Part shown: positions 27,403-37,372 of the stretch, one piece after another
Layout: every line of letters begins with the position of its first letter
Numbering within the stretch: position 1 is the first letter of the stretch
From: a virus
Taxonomy: Duplodnaviria > Caudoviricetes
DNA length: 64,000 bases
Strand: one strand, 5' to 3'
IMG/VR virus record: IMGVR_UViG_3300002835_000006
Program-made: the position numbers and the translations under genes
The notes under the pieces: model-generated
The model's input: only the letters and a program-made list of their open reading frames with translations
The model's database searches: none
What the model was told of the DNA's origin: nothing

Positions 27403-28499
27403 TTAACTTTGATTTTTTTTGTTTTAGAGGGTTCTCGTTTATAGACCGTTTTTCCACCATCGGGACTTTCATAAATCCATGGAGTTTCTTTTTCTTTTGT
27501 GTCAATTTGTGATTTTATCCAATTGAAGGTTTTTCTTAGACCTAATGATAGAGGTTGACTGACCTCCCATCCAATTTTTTCTCTAAAGAGTTTATTATCT
27601 GAGTTTCTACCTTTAACACCTAAAGGACATTTGAAACCATACTTTTTGAAGAATTCTTCACCTTCTATATTTTTTATTTTAATATTTTTTCCTGAAAATT
27701 CAATAGCCATTTGTGCTAATTGATTGATTGTCACCATTTCTTCACTACCTATGTTTACAGGTCCTGTAAATTTCGAATACATTAGTCTGAGAACGGCTTC
27801 AATACATTCATCAACATAGAGGAATGACCTTGTCTGTTGTCCGTTACCCCAAACTTCTAATTCGCCACCATCGGGCAATTCTGCTGCTTTTCTACACATA
27901 GCCGCTGGTGATTTTTCACGTCCCCCCTGCCAAGTTCCTTGGGGTCCAAATATATTATGGAATCGGGCAATACGTACATCCAATCCATAGTTTCTATGGT
28001 AGGCCAAATAAATTCTTTCTGAAAATAGTTTTTCCCACCCATATTCAGAATCGGGATTTGCTGGATAAGCCGAACTTTCTTCACAGTTTGGGTTACTTGC
28101 ATCCAATTGGTTATGTTCAGGATACATACAAGCTGACGAGGAATAAAAAACTTTTTTTACTTTCTTTTTTACACATTCACTAGCAACATTCAAATTTATC
28201 AAAGATGAATTATGCATCAAATTTGCATCGTTCTCACCTGTAAAAATGTATAGTGCACCGCCCATATCTGCGGCTAATTGATATAATTCATCAACTCCCT
28301 CTTCTATAACGAGGTCAACAACCTTAGGGTCTGTTAAATCCCCTAAGATAAATTCATGACAAATTTCGTTTTGGAAGAAATATTCATGTTTTTTGATATC
28401 ACAGATTCTTACATGTGCTCCTTCGTTTTTTAATCGTTTGGCCAAATGACCACCGATAAATCCACCACCTCCTAACACTACTACTTTTTTTTGTTTCAT
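27399..28499 (-). CDS. GDP-mannose 3,5-epimerase-like NAD-dependent epimerase
   Basis: GGGGFIG, QLAADMGG, YSSSACMYPE, AYPANPDSEYGWEK, GGREKSPAAMCRK. Confidence 0.85.
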   Translation of the reverse strand: MKQKKVVVLGGGGFIGGHLAKRLKNEGAHVRICDIKKHEYFFQNEICHEFILGDLTDPKVVDLVIEEGVDELYQLAADMGGALYIFTGENDANLMHNSSLINLNVASECVKKKVKKVFYSSSACMYPEHNQLDASNPNCEESSAYPANPDSEYGWEKLFSERIYLAYHRNYGLDVRIARFHNIFGPQGTWQGGREKSPAAMCRKAAELPDGGELEVWGNGQQTRSFLYVDECIEAVLRLMYSKFTGPVNIGSEEMVTINQLAQMAIEFSGKNIKIKNIEGEEFFKKYGFKCPLGVKGRNSDNKLFREKIGWEVSQPLSLGLRKTFNWIKSQIDTKEKETPWIYESPDGGKTVYKREPSKTKKIKVK

Positions 28500-28502
28500 A
28501 AA

Positions 28503-29141
28503 TTAGATTTTATTGTATAATGTATCAGATTCGAATCTTTGATAAATCTTGTACCCTAATTGTTCCATCAACATATCAAATTCTTTGAGATTCAATTTAT
28601 TTTCATAGCTTTTTACATCTAAATGTGCTGTTTCTGCGTAAATAAAGTAGGGTTTGAATCTTCCCATAGAAGATAAAACTTTATCCTCAGCACCTTCGAC
28701 ATCTATATGAATATAATCAATTTTTGGTATATTATTTTTCATACAGAAAGTGTCAAGTCTGATAGTTTCTACCTCATATCCGTTTATATCATATGTCACA
28801 GTATGATTGAGAGCTTCATTTGTGTTTTCTTTTAATAGTGGTTTTACGATTGAACCAGCATATCTCCAATCAATATTTTTTTTAGTTTCAAAAATACTTG
28901 GGTAGAATGTTGCGGTTCCGTTTTCATCTGAAAATGCGACATTGAATGTTTTTACCCCAAACTTATTTGCAACGCGATAATGTCTTTCGTAGTTTATTTT
29001 GTCAGCTTCGATTGAATAAACATCTGAATTTGGAAAAGTTCTCTTGAAACCTATTCCTTCGCTGAAATCACAAGCACCTATGTCGAACAAAACTAAGTTC
29101 GAAATTTCTGAGAGTTTCTGTCTTACAATATTATGTAACAT
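28503..29141 (-). CDS. FkbM-family SAM methyltransferase
   Basis: FDIGAC, SIEAD, TIRLDTF, IHIDVEGAE. Confidence 0.85.
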   Translation of the reverse strand: MLHNIVRQKLSEISNLVLFDIGACDFSEGIGFKRTFPNSDVYSIEADKINYERHYRVANKFGVKTFNVAFSDENGTATFYPSIFETKKNIDWRYAGSIVKPLLKENTNEALNHTVTYDINGYEVETIRLDTFCMKNNIPKIDYIHIDVEGAEDKVLSSMGRFKPYFIYAETAHLDVKSYENKLNLKEFDMLMEQLGYKIYQRFESDTLYNKI

Positions 29142-29951
29142 TTACATTTCATTTATAATTTTTTTTATACCCTCTCTGAGACTAATTTTTGGGTTCCAAA
29201 AATTTAATATATAAGGGTCGGGTTCATTTCTTTTGTCTAACTGAACAGTATCGATTTCGTTAGATGGTGAGACATTACAAGGGATGTATTCTGATATAAT
29301 TTCAGCAACTTCCAAAATTGAATTCCACTCAAAATTTGTAATGTGTAAATTCTGAGTTCTGTCAATTTCATTATATTTTTGAGAAAGGATATACAAAGCA
29401 TTTGAACAATCTTCAGCATGTAGAAATTGTCGTTGTTCCGTTCCATTAGTCATCATAGTAATGTTTCCTTGCTTGGCTTTGATGATAAAATCAGTAATTA
29501 CGTGTGACTTTTCCAAATCATGTTCAGGACCATACACGTTCCAAAATTTGACAGTTAAACCACCGAGAATTTTTGCAAATGTTTCACCGAGAGACTTTGT
29601 AATTCCATAAGGGGAATATGACATATTGGCCATCTGTGAAGATGCAAAGATGAATGGCTTGTTATATTTTTTCAAAGTTTGAAATGTGTATAGAGTTAGT
29701 TTTGTATTATTTTCAATAAACTCATAAGTGTGTTGGTATTTTTTGAGGTATCTAGAACCTCCGACGTCAAATGCTAAGAACATAACAAAATCGACTTTGG
29801 GGATTATAGAATCCAACACATCAGGAATTCGTAAATCTTCTTCTGTGGAGTTCACAATATCGAATTCTATTACTTCATTTCCATTATTTTTCAAGAATTT
29901 ACAAAGTTCTGCACCTATTTGGCCCGCAGAACCCAATACCAAATATTTCAT
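29142..29951 (-). CDS. Extended SDR nucleotide-sugar epimerase/dehydratase
   Basis: LGSAGQIG, FASS, YGITK (YxxxK), NVYGP, RQFLHAED. Confidence 0.85.
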   Translation of the reverse strand: MKYLVLGSAGQIGAELCKFLKNNGNEVIEFDIVNSTEEDLRIPDVLDSIIPKVDFVMFLAFDVGGSRYLKKYQHTYEFIENNTKLTLYTFQTLKKYNKPFIFASSQMANMSYSPYGITKSLGETFAKILGGLTVKFWNVYGPEHDLEKSHVITDFIIKAKQGNITMMTNGTEQRQFLHAEDCSNALYILSQKYNEIDRTQNLHITNFEWNSILEVAEIISEYIPCNVSPSNEIDTVQLDKRNEPDPYILNFWNPKISLREGIKKIINEM

Positions 29952-29952
29952 A

Positions 29953-30786
29953 TTAGAATAAATTTTTTAGATAATTTTCCCACATATAATCTTCCGCAAC
30001 TGGAAGTTCATTAGCTTTTCTGAAATTTCTTTCAATTGCCGGCATCATAGATTGATATTTTTCTGTGGTCAAGCTTGATAAGTCTGGGTCGTCTTCCAAA
30101 AAGATTACACCAGTTGGGTCAAAATATTTGTCAACAACTTTCCTTGAACCATAATAAACTGGAATAGTACCCATCGCAAAACAATCAGTAAGTTTTTCAG
30201 TAAAATACGTGTCGGAGTTATCATTTTCAATAGCAACCGAGAACATATAATCTTTCAATCCGTCTTCTTTATCTTTGAGTTGGTTTGGTCTACCCGTACC
30301 GAACAAGTCAACTTTATCTTTAAGTCTTTCAACCCATTGTAATCTATTTTGATGACCTCTCAACCATCCTTTGTTAGATGCAATCATAGAGACCAATTTT
30401 GTTTTGGGGTGGATTGCTCTATTTTGTGGATATATCCAAGGAGCGGCATTCGAAATGTTATAAACAAACGGTGCACCTAGTTCCAACAAACTATCCATAC
30501 AAGTGAAAATCCATTTGTAATGTTCCCGAGTCTTCTCCAAATCATTTACGAGGACTTTGATGGTATGTTCATTCATTTGAGGTGACTCGAGTAACCATCC
30601 AATTTTTTCCCGTGATGGGTCATTAAAACCCCAATCCTTTATGTAATTGTCTACATATACACTGACCGTGTATGGGTCTTGTGTCTCTCTTGATAGCCAA
30701 CGTAAATATTTTGGCATGTTGCGGTTTGATGAACAATCGTATTCACCCCACCAGTCTGATACCTTTCTAATTGTTACTTTTTCCAT
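29953..30786 (-). CDS. Glycosyltransferase GT10 (alpha-1,3-fucosyltransferase-like)
   Basis: YMFSVAIEN...YFTEKLTDCFAMGTIPVYYG matches the GT10 motif. Confidence 0.8.
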   Translation of the reverse strand: MEKVTIRKVSDWWGEYDCSSNRNMPKYLRWLSRETQDPYTVSVYVDNYIKDWGFNDPSREKIGWLLESPQMNEHTIKVLVNDLEKTREHYKWIFTCMDSLLELGAPFVYNISNAAPWIYPQNRAIHPKTKLVSMIASNKGWLRGHQNRLQWVERLKDKVDLFGTGRPNQLKDKEDGLKDYMFSVAIENDNSDTYFTEKLTDCFAMGTIPVYYGSRKVVDKYFDPTGVIFLEDDPDLSSLTTEKYQSMMPAIERNFRKANELPVAEDYMWENYLKNLF

Positions 30787-30789
30787 ATA

Positions 30790-31407
30790 TTATCTTTTTA
30801 TAATTACACCTCCATATACACCACCATGAACAACTTCGTGGTGGTATTTGTATTTTGTAATCCACTCAGTGAAAGCTAATCTTTCATGGTGATTATATTC
30901 TTCTTCCCCTCCGTGCCAATCATCAAATCTTATGAAGATTTCGGACCATTTGCATTTTGTCAAGAATTCTAATGAAGAAACTGTTGGTTCATATATGTCA
31001 ACATCAACATTACAAATAGCAATTTCATTTATATTATAATCTTTAGGTTCAGTAAGTTTGTGTATATCTGAAAGAACCAACTTTATATTTGATTTTACAG
31101 ATAACTTTTGTTTGGCCTCTTCGATTGTTTTGGGAAATACTATATGTTTTGCGTTCCAAGCACCTAAAGCAAAAGAACCTTCTCTCCAATCACTTGTGCG
31201 AGGAAGTGGTTTTTTAGATTTTTCTAGTCCTTCAAAATGGTCAACAGTAAAAATTGTTTTATCAGGGAATAAATTTGCAAGCTCAATGGCACTTTGACAA
31301 GTACATGTTCCAAATTCTAATACATCACCAACTAAATTATATTTTTTATTCATCTCCAACAATGTGGGTATGGTACAAGAATTAAAATTGGGGTTTGTGT
31401 TTACCAT
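30790..31407 (-). CDS. TylF/MycF-like O-methyltransferase, copy A
   Basis: GDVLEFG, DHFEGL, NVDVDIYEPT, FDDW. Confidence 0.75.
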   Translation of the reverse strand: MVNTNPNFNSCTIPTLLEMNKKYNLVGDVLEFGTCTCQSAIELANLFPDKTIFTVDHFEGLEKSKKPLPRTSDWREGSFALGAWNAKHIVFPKTIEEAKQKLSVKSNIKLVLSDIHKLTEPKDYNINEIAICNVDVDIYEPTVSSLEFLTKCKWSEIFIRFDDWHGGEEEYNHHERLAFTEWITKYKYHHEVVHGGVYGGVIIKR

Positions 31408-31410
31408 ATC

Positions 31411-32025
31411 TTATCTTTTTACGAAAACCCCACCACACAATCCACCGTGAGTGATTTCAAATTTATAATTATTTTTTTCAACCCATTCTCTGAAGGCTAA
31501 TCTTTCATGGTTGTCAAAGTATGATTCCCCGCCATGCCAATCATCAAATCTAATAAAAATTTCATCCCATATACATTTGCTCAAAAAATCTAAGGACGAT
31601 ACAGTCGGTTCATAAATGTCCACGTCAATATTACAAACTGCTACTTTTGAAATACCATAGAAGGATGGTTCGTTTAATTTGTGAACATCTTCTATAATCA
31701 TTTGAATATTTGGGTATGGTACAAATCTTTGTTGTAATTCTTCGATTGATTTGGGTACATTCGGAATATCTTTATAAAGAGGGTTGTAAATTGAAAATGC
31801 CCCTTTTACCCAATCGCTTGTTTGGGGTATACCTTTTTTAGTTTCCTCCAACCCCATAAAATGGTCTATCGTGAAAACTTTTTTATCAGGAAATGAACTT
31901 GCAAGTTCTTTGGTACTTCCTCCGGTGAATGTTCCAAATTCCAAAACGTCGCCAACTAAGTTGTATTTTTTTGAAGTTATGAAACTTTTGATTCCTTGAA
32001 CGTGCAAACTGTGTCCGAAACTCAT
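31411..32025 (-). CDS. TylF/MycF-like O-methyltransferase, copy B
   Basis: Same motifs; obvious paralogue of copy A. Confidence 0.75.
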   Translation of the reverse strand: MSFGHSLHVQGIKSFITSKKYNLVGDVLEFGTFTGGSTKELASSFPDKKVFTIDHFMGLEETKKGIPQTSDWVKGAFSIYNPLYKDIPNVPKSIEELQQRFVPYPNIQMIIEDVHKLNEPSFYGISKVAVCNIDVDIYEPTVSSLDFLSKCIWDEIFIRFDDWHGGESYFDNHERLAFREWVEKNNYKFEITHGGLCGGVFVKR

Positions 32026-32038
32026 ATTGTTATTTTTT

Positions 32039-32878
32039 TTATATTGGTTTAATAAGTCCTCCTTGGGTCCATTCCGTCGGAACTAAGGTCCAATTAGACT
32101 CGAAAATATCTTTGGCATTCGGTCCTTTAGGTCCGAACCAAGTAGACGGGGCAATAATTTTTTTATTTTTGTTTTTGTTTAAAAAAGTTGCCCACCACGA
32201 AAAAGTAGAATTTGGAATTATATGATTTTCACAAAGCCCCATAAGATACATTTCTTTCCAATCTTCATTTTCTTTTGGAAAAACAACGTTAGGAAAAGAA
32301 AAATTATTCATAACGAAATCTCTACTACCAGGCCACCTTGATTCATCCTCAGTAAAAAGAAATACTGTGGAATATTCCCCAATCAATTTTAATGCTTCAG
32401 AAATATATTCTATTGATATGGTTGGATGAATGTCAGGAAATTGTAAATATTCACCCCTTCTGATGTGAATAGACAGGGTTTTTGGTTGGTTCAGTTGAGG
32501 ATATTTTTCTCTTAGTTCCTGAACAACATTCAATGAGGGTTGAAATGTTTCTCTTATTTTATCATCGAGACCAAACCAATTTTTGGTGCTTTGAAAGTAT
32601 CCATAAAAGGATGTATTTCCTTGTAACGGGTTGATTTCGCTGTATTCAAAGGGACCTTCATGGACTGTTGTGTAGTGTTCCATTTTGTCCACGAATTTCA
32701 AATTTCGGAAAACATTGTTGGTGTAATTATGTACAGGTCTTCCTTGACCAGGTGTGTTGGAATAAGGGAGAAATTCAACCTCTCTATTATGTTTCCACCC
32801 TTGTGCTAATGCATGAGATGCTTGAAACAATTGATTTCCTAAACCACCCATGAAATGACAAGTAATTTTATTTCCCAT
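32039..32878 (-). CDS. Glycosyltransferase GT11 (alpha-1,2-fucosyltransferase-like)
   Basis: GGLGNQLFQ, SIHIRRGEY, NSTFSWW. Confidence 0.88.
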   Translation of the reverse strand: MGNKITCHFMGGLGNQLFQASHALAQGWKHNREVEFLPYSNTPGQGRPVHNYTNNVFRNLKFVDKMEHYTTVHEGPFEYSEINPLQGNTSFYGYFQSTKNWFGLDDKIRETFQPSLNVVQELREKYPQLNQPKTLSIHIRRGEYLQFPDIHPTISIEYISEALKLIGEYSTVFLFTEDESRWPGSRDFVMNNFSFPNVVFPKENEDWKEMYLMGLCENHIIPNSTFSWWATFLNKNKNKKIIAPSTWFGPKGPNAKDIFESNWTLVPTEWTQGGLIKPI

Positions 32879-32892
32879 AGAGTAAAATAAAT

Positions 32893-33546
32893 TTAATTTT
32901 TATCATTTAAAAATAAAGTATCCCCCCAATTATGTGCCCATGGATGATAATATATTTTTTTATATCTTTTTGATTGCATGAAGTCTACAATGTCCTTCTC
33001 TAATTTTTGTCCTGCATACATTTCAATTTGACAAGTTTCTAATTGTATAATTCTGAAGTCAGTGGGCTGAAATAAAATTTCACTTGAATTCAAAACATCA
33101 AATTCAGAACCTTGAATATCCATATTCACATAATCAAATTCTGTCTCAAGGTTATTTTTTTTGAGAAAATCATCTATATTCACGGATTGTACCTTTACCG
33201 ACTTTATTTTTTTTATGTGGGGATATTGTTTGGAATGTTCTTTTAGTTCTAACAAAGAAGAACAACCTGTGTTACTCATATCATTACTATAAATCAGGTT
33301 GAAATCCAACTCTTTGTTTTCGTTAGATACTGCAACTTGGAAAATTTTTTGTGAAATGTGAGAATGTTTAAGAACATTTTTTTCCAAACCTTCAATCAAT
33401 TCAGGATTGGCTTCGAACCAGTAAATCAAGTCAGGATTCAATTTTAAATAAAATTCAATTTCATTTCCCAAATGTGCACCCAAATGGAGTATTTTTTTGA
33501 TTGGTCTTTCTTTGTGCAGTTCTAAAATTCTTTGATGTAAGCTCAT
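32893..33546 (-). CDS. FkbM-family SAM methyltransferase
   Basis: LHLGAHLG, WFEANP, NMDIQGSE. Confidence 0.85.
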   Translation of the reverse strand: MSLHQRILELHKERPIKKILHLGAHLGNEIEFYLKLNPDLIYWFEANPELIEGLEKNVLKHSHISQKIFQVAVSNENKELDFNLIYSNDMSNTGCSSLLELKEHSKQYPHIKKIKSVKVQSVNIDDFLKKNNLETEFDYVNMDIQGSEFDVLNSSEILFQPTDFRIIQLETCQIEMYAGQKLEKDIVDFMQSKRYKKIYYHPWAHNWGDTLFLNDKN

Positions 33547-33548
33547 TT

Positions 33549-34259
33549 TTATAATTCTTTATATGGTTGTTTATTTTTTAATAAATTATGATTTTCTATA
33601 ACTTTAGAGAAATTTACTTTGTGGTCGTTGATTGGGTTCCCTTCATTATAAATGTAAAGGATATCTGATATGTACCTAAAATGTTTGAGACCAGCCATTT
33701 CAACCATAGGCCAAATAAATGCAACATCTCCAGCAACAGGCCAATATACTCCATTTGGGTCTCTGAGGTCTTCGTCTTTAATTTTTTTCCATAACCAAGA
33801 TTTCCAAGTACGTAAATGGGATAATGTGAATGCTTGCTTGCGGAGATTTTCTGTTGTCTGTAATGGTCTATTAAACCCTTGACGACCGTCATGATATTTA
33901 AAAGAACCACTGGTAATCCAGACGTCTTCATCTTTATAAACTTCATCAATTTTTCCTAATACATTTGGGTTGGCTAACCAATCATCACCATTCACCTCGA
34001 CACATATCTCTTCATCAGGTAAATTTAATCCATTTATTATCTGATTGTAATTTCCGGGTGGGTAATGTTTCTCCTGATTTTCAATCAAAATGAATCTATT
34101 ATCTTTTTCGATAGCCCTTTTTATATGTTCCCGTGTATTATCTGTAGACATATCGTCGGTAATGTAACAAGTGAAATCCCTGAACCTTTGACTCATTAAA
34201 CTGAATATACATTTTTCGATATAATTTTCACAATTATATGACGCGGTTAAAATTGTCAT
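33549..34259 (-). CDS. Glycosyltransferase GT2
   Basis: ILTASYNCENYIEKCI, ITDDMSTD, VNGDDWL. Confidence 0.85.
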   Translation of the reverse strand: MTILTASYNCENYIEKCIFSLMSQRFRDFTCYITDDMSTDNTREHIKRAIEKDNRFILIENQEKHYPPGNYNQIINGLNLPDEEICVEVNGDDWLANPNVLGKIDEVYKDEDVWITSGSFKYHDGRQGFNRPLQTTENLRKQAFTLSHLRTWKSWLWKKIKDEDLRDPNGVYWPVAGDVAFIWPMVEMAGLKHFRYISDILYIYNEGNPINDHKVNFSKVIENHNLLKNKQPYKEL

Positions 34260-35887
34260 GATAAAATCTTTATATACATATTTTTTATTTCGTTAGCCAC
34301 ATTTGAACTATAGTATTTTTCAAGGTCTGTCGGAGGGTCAAATTTTTCTTTAGATGTAATTACTCCCAAAGAATCAACTTTATAAATCCACCCTGGTTTT
34401 CCCGAAAGCCAACCCTCTATGGTTGTTCTTCCAAGTTGTATTCCTGCGGTTTCGGAACAACCCTTCAAATATTTTTCAACGTTCCATGTAGAAGGAAAAT
34501 ATTTTACGTTATGTTCTCTGAGTATTGCATCTAAAAAATTACCCCTGTTTTCTCCGACAACCCATAATTCTTTATTTATTGATTGAGTATATTCAATTAG
34601 GTCCATTAAAGTTTCTCTCCTTAGATAATCTAAGGTTCCAACAAACAAAACATATCCCGACTCATTCAAATCAGATTTAACAAACTTTGATTCATCAATC
34701 GGATTGTAAATTATTTCGATATCATTTTCTGGTATTTGGAATTCGGATATTAGATTTTCTTTTATTTCAGGTCTTATTGCGATATATTTTTTTATGGAGG
34801 GGTGTATTACAGGGTTTTCCAGTTCTATTACTTCAGAATGAATTGTACAAATTTTATCAATTTCAGGATAAAAGTTTAATATTCTTTCAGCTACAGGTTT
34901 GTGTTGAATGTGAATTATATCAAAATTCACTTCGGACACCCTGTACATCATGTTCACTTGTGAAACTTTGTACCCATTACCATCATCGAATCCCCATTTA
35001 CCGTCTCCCAATTTGAAACCTGGAGCTTGTTCAAAGGACAAACATTTTATCCCATTTTTCTTAGCTAAATCTGTAAGTGGACCACCAATTTGTGACATTA
35101 CAGTTACGTCACAATTTAGTTTCTTTAGACCTCTAGCTAATTCATAGACATACAATTCAGAACCAGTGAAAGTCTTGAAATTTAGACAAGTAAGTAAAAC
35201 ATTTATTTTATCCTTATCTTTGTCGAATTGTATTTTTTGTGGTAGTTTAGAAGAATACTTTTGCACAAACAATTGTCGATTTGATTCCCATTGTTCGTTG
35301 GTCATACCAATAGATTGGTGAGTAATCCTTATGTTAGTTATTACACCAACTTTAACACCTTCCAAATAGTTTTCGAAACAAAATGGAATGTCGTAGAAAT
35401 GGAATCCTTTGAATTCTTCGTTGAAATTTTTCTTTATTCTTTTTTTGTGAATTGCTATAAATAATCCATCAACAACAACTACGGGTTTAATATCTTTACC
35501 GATGGGTTCTGAGTACTTAGATTCCCATTTTTTTGTACCTTGTTGGTGGTTTACTATCCCATACATCTTCCTACGATTTTCCCACCATTGTCCACTCTCA
35601 GGCATATGAGTTGTACCCGCAACACCTAAAATACCAAACTCTGAATTATTAAAATGTTCCAATAGTTTTGGATACCAAGCGGAGGTATCAAAGGTTATAT
35701 CGTCGTGGCATAGAACGACAATATCCGTAGTCGCTTCATTTATAATCTCATTATATATTTCTGATAGAGATTTTTCTCCGTTATTTACTTTTTCTATAAC
35801 AAGATTTTTTTTAAAACCAGAGCTTTTTATAAAATATTCTTTTAGCTTGGAATTTGATTCTCGGGTTGAATATCCTATTGTAATCAT
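34256..35887 (-). CDS. Bifunctional glycosyltransferase: GT-A N-terminal domain plus GT-B C-terminal domain
   Basis: LCHDDI, GILGVAG, VVVDG, FHFYD in N-half; FTGSELYVYELARGL, RTTIEGWLSGKP in C-half. Confidence 0.75.
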   Translation of the reverse strand: MITIGYSTRESNSKLKEYFIKSSGFKKNLVIEKVNNGEKSLSEIYNEIINEATTDIVVLCHDDITFDTSAWYPKLLEHFNNSEFGILGVAGTTHMPESGQWWENRRKMYGIVNHQQGTKKWESKYSEPIGKDIKPVVVVDGLFIAIHKKRIKKNFNEEFKGFHFYDIPFCFENYLEGVKVGVITNIRITHQSIGMTNEQWESNRQLFVQKYSSKLPQKIQFDKDKDKINVLLTCLNFKTFTGSELYVYELARGLKKLNCDVTVMSQIGGPLTDLAKKNGIKCLSFEQAPGFKLGDGKWGFDDGNGYKVSQVNMMYRVSEVNFDIIHIQHKPVAERILNFYPEIDKICTIHSEVIELENPVIHPSIKKYIAIRPEIKENLISEFQIPENDIEIIYNPIDESKFVKSDLNESGYVLFVGTLDYLRRETLMDLIEYTQSINKELWVVGENRGNFLDAILREHNVKYFPSTWNVEKYLKGCSETAGIQLGRTTIEGWLSGKPGWIYKVDSLGVITSKEKFDPPTDLEKYYSSNVANEIKNMYIKILS

Positions 35888-36057
35888 TATTCTAATCTTT
35901 TTTTCTTAGATTCTTTAATTATTTCGTGTGCGGTCTTGGTCGGTTCTTTTTTTGCTAACGATATACAATCTATAATGAACTCGGCAAGAACGTGTTTTTT
36001 ATCTAATTTTTTTATTAGCTCTACGAGTGTGTCCAAATTTTCATAATATTTTCCCAT
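35887..36057 (-). CDS. Small hypothetical protein (56 aa), absent from ORF track
   Basis: MGKYYENLDTLVELIKKLDKKHVLAEFIIDCISLAKKEPTKTAHEIIKESKKKRLE; TAATG coupling to downstream GT. Confidence 0.65.
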   Translation of the reverse strand: MGKYYENLDTLVELIKKLDKKHVLAEFIIDCISLAKKEPTKTAHEIIKESKKKRLE

Positions 36058-36068
36058 AAAAAAAGTTT

Positions 36069-36674
36069 TTAAATACCTGTACTTCCAAACCCATTGTCAC
36101 CACGGTCTGTTTGGTCAAAACTTTCAACTTCTTCAATTTTCACAAAGTTACCGTTTACCACAGGACATAAGACACCCTGAGCAACTTTCATATTTTTATT
36201 TATTGTGAAAGGGGAATTGTTTGTATTAAAAATGGGAACCTTTATTTCTCCTGAATAACCTTGGTCTACTGTACCCGGTGAATTCAAAACCATAATACCT
36301 TGATTGATTGCCAATCCACTTTTTGTCCTAATTTGAATTTCATATCCTTCGGGAAACTGAAAACTCAATCCTGTCGGAATTAAAGCCCTACCAAATGCGG
36401 GTATTTCAACTTCTATTGTTGAGTATAAATCAAACCCTGAGTCCGATGGGTAATTATATGAAGGTAGAGTCGCGTCATCATTTAGTTTTTTTACTTTCAG
36501 ATGTGTTGTTTTTGATTCTTTAATAAATTCCTGACTGAGGTCATCAAATGACATAGAAACCAAAGAATCTAATTCATCTTCGGAATCAACATCCAACCCT
36601 TTTGAATTTGCTTCTGATGTTAGTTTTTCTAATAATTGTAAAAGTTCCTCAAACTCCTTATTATTTTCACTCAT
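36069..36674 (-). CDS. dut: Trimeric dUTPase with acidic N-terminal extension
   Basis: SGFDL, IPTG, RTKSG, GTVDQGYSGE, KVAQ, RGDNGFGSTG. Confidence 0.93.
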   Translation of the reverse strand: MSENNKEFEELLQLLEKLTSEANSKGLDVDSEDELDSLVSMSFDDLSQEFIKESKTTHLKVKKLNDDATLPSYNYPSDSGFDLYSTIEVEIPAFGRALIPTGLSFQFPEGYEIQIRTKSGLAINQGIMVLNSPGTVDQGYSGEIKVPIFNTNNSPFTINKNMKVAQGVLCPVVNGNFVKIEEVESFDQTDRGDNGFGSTGI

Positions 36675-37372
36675 TTTAATTGATTTAATTTTTTAATAAC
36701 ATTTATCAAAGATAGGACATCTGCTTCACAGTAATTCTTGATACCTTCGTAATCTTTTTTTGTCCAAAATGCGTCATGAACTTTATTTCCTGTAACCTCC
36801 ATAGTTTTAGGTGAAGGTACCCCTAAACAAACACACATCAACTCCAAAGATGCAATAGAACCGTAACCTCCGTATTGCCATACTTCTTTAGTGTCGAGGG
36901 CTTTTATTTCCCAAGGTTTAGTATCGTGACCTGGCAAAATTTTAGGAGGTAAAATTCCATTTATTATCATTCTTTTTGCCAACACAGGAATATCAAAACC
37001 TTTTACATTATGTCCACACAGATAGAATCCGAGTTCACCCACCTTGTGTAGAATTTTCTGAACATCTAATAATAACTTTTTTTCGTCTACATCATTATGA
37101 GATTCAATTTTTACTTCTCCTTTTTTGTTTATAAAGGCAACACTTACACAAACAATTCGATTGAATTCTGGTACAAGAGCAGACTTATTGACAAACATTT
37201 CTGATATTGGTTTGTTTGCATCCTCAGGAAATCTTTTTTGAAACCAATCAAAATAGTTTTCAAATTGAAAAGAGAGAGGCTCATTATTTTTCTTTAATGA
37301 ATCCCAATCTTTTTCAACACCAACAGTTTCAATGTCTAAAAATAATAATTTGTCAATAGGAATGTTTATCAT
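36671..37372 (-). CDS. 3'-5' exonuclease related to PolB exonuclease domain (DEDDy)
   Basis: FLDIET, GHNVKGFDIP, YCEADV. Confidence 0.85.
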   Translation of the reverse strand: MINIPIDKLLFLDIETVGVEKDWDSLKKNNEPLSFQFENYFDWFQKRFPEDANKPISEMFVNKSALVPEFNRIVCVSVAFINKKGEVKIESHNDVDEKKLLLDVQKILHKVGELGFYLCGHNVKGFDIPVLAKRMIINGILPPKILPGHDTKPWEIKALDTKEVWQYGGYGSIASLELMCVCLGVPSPKTMEVTGNKVHDAFWTKKDYEGIKNYCEADVLSLINVIKKLNQLK

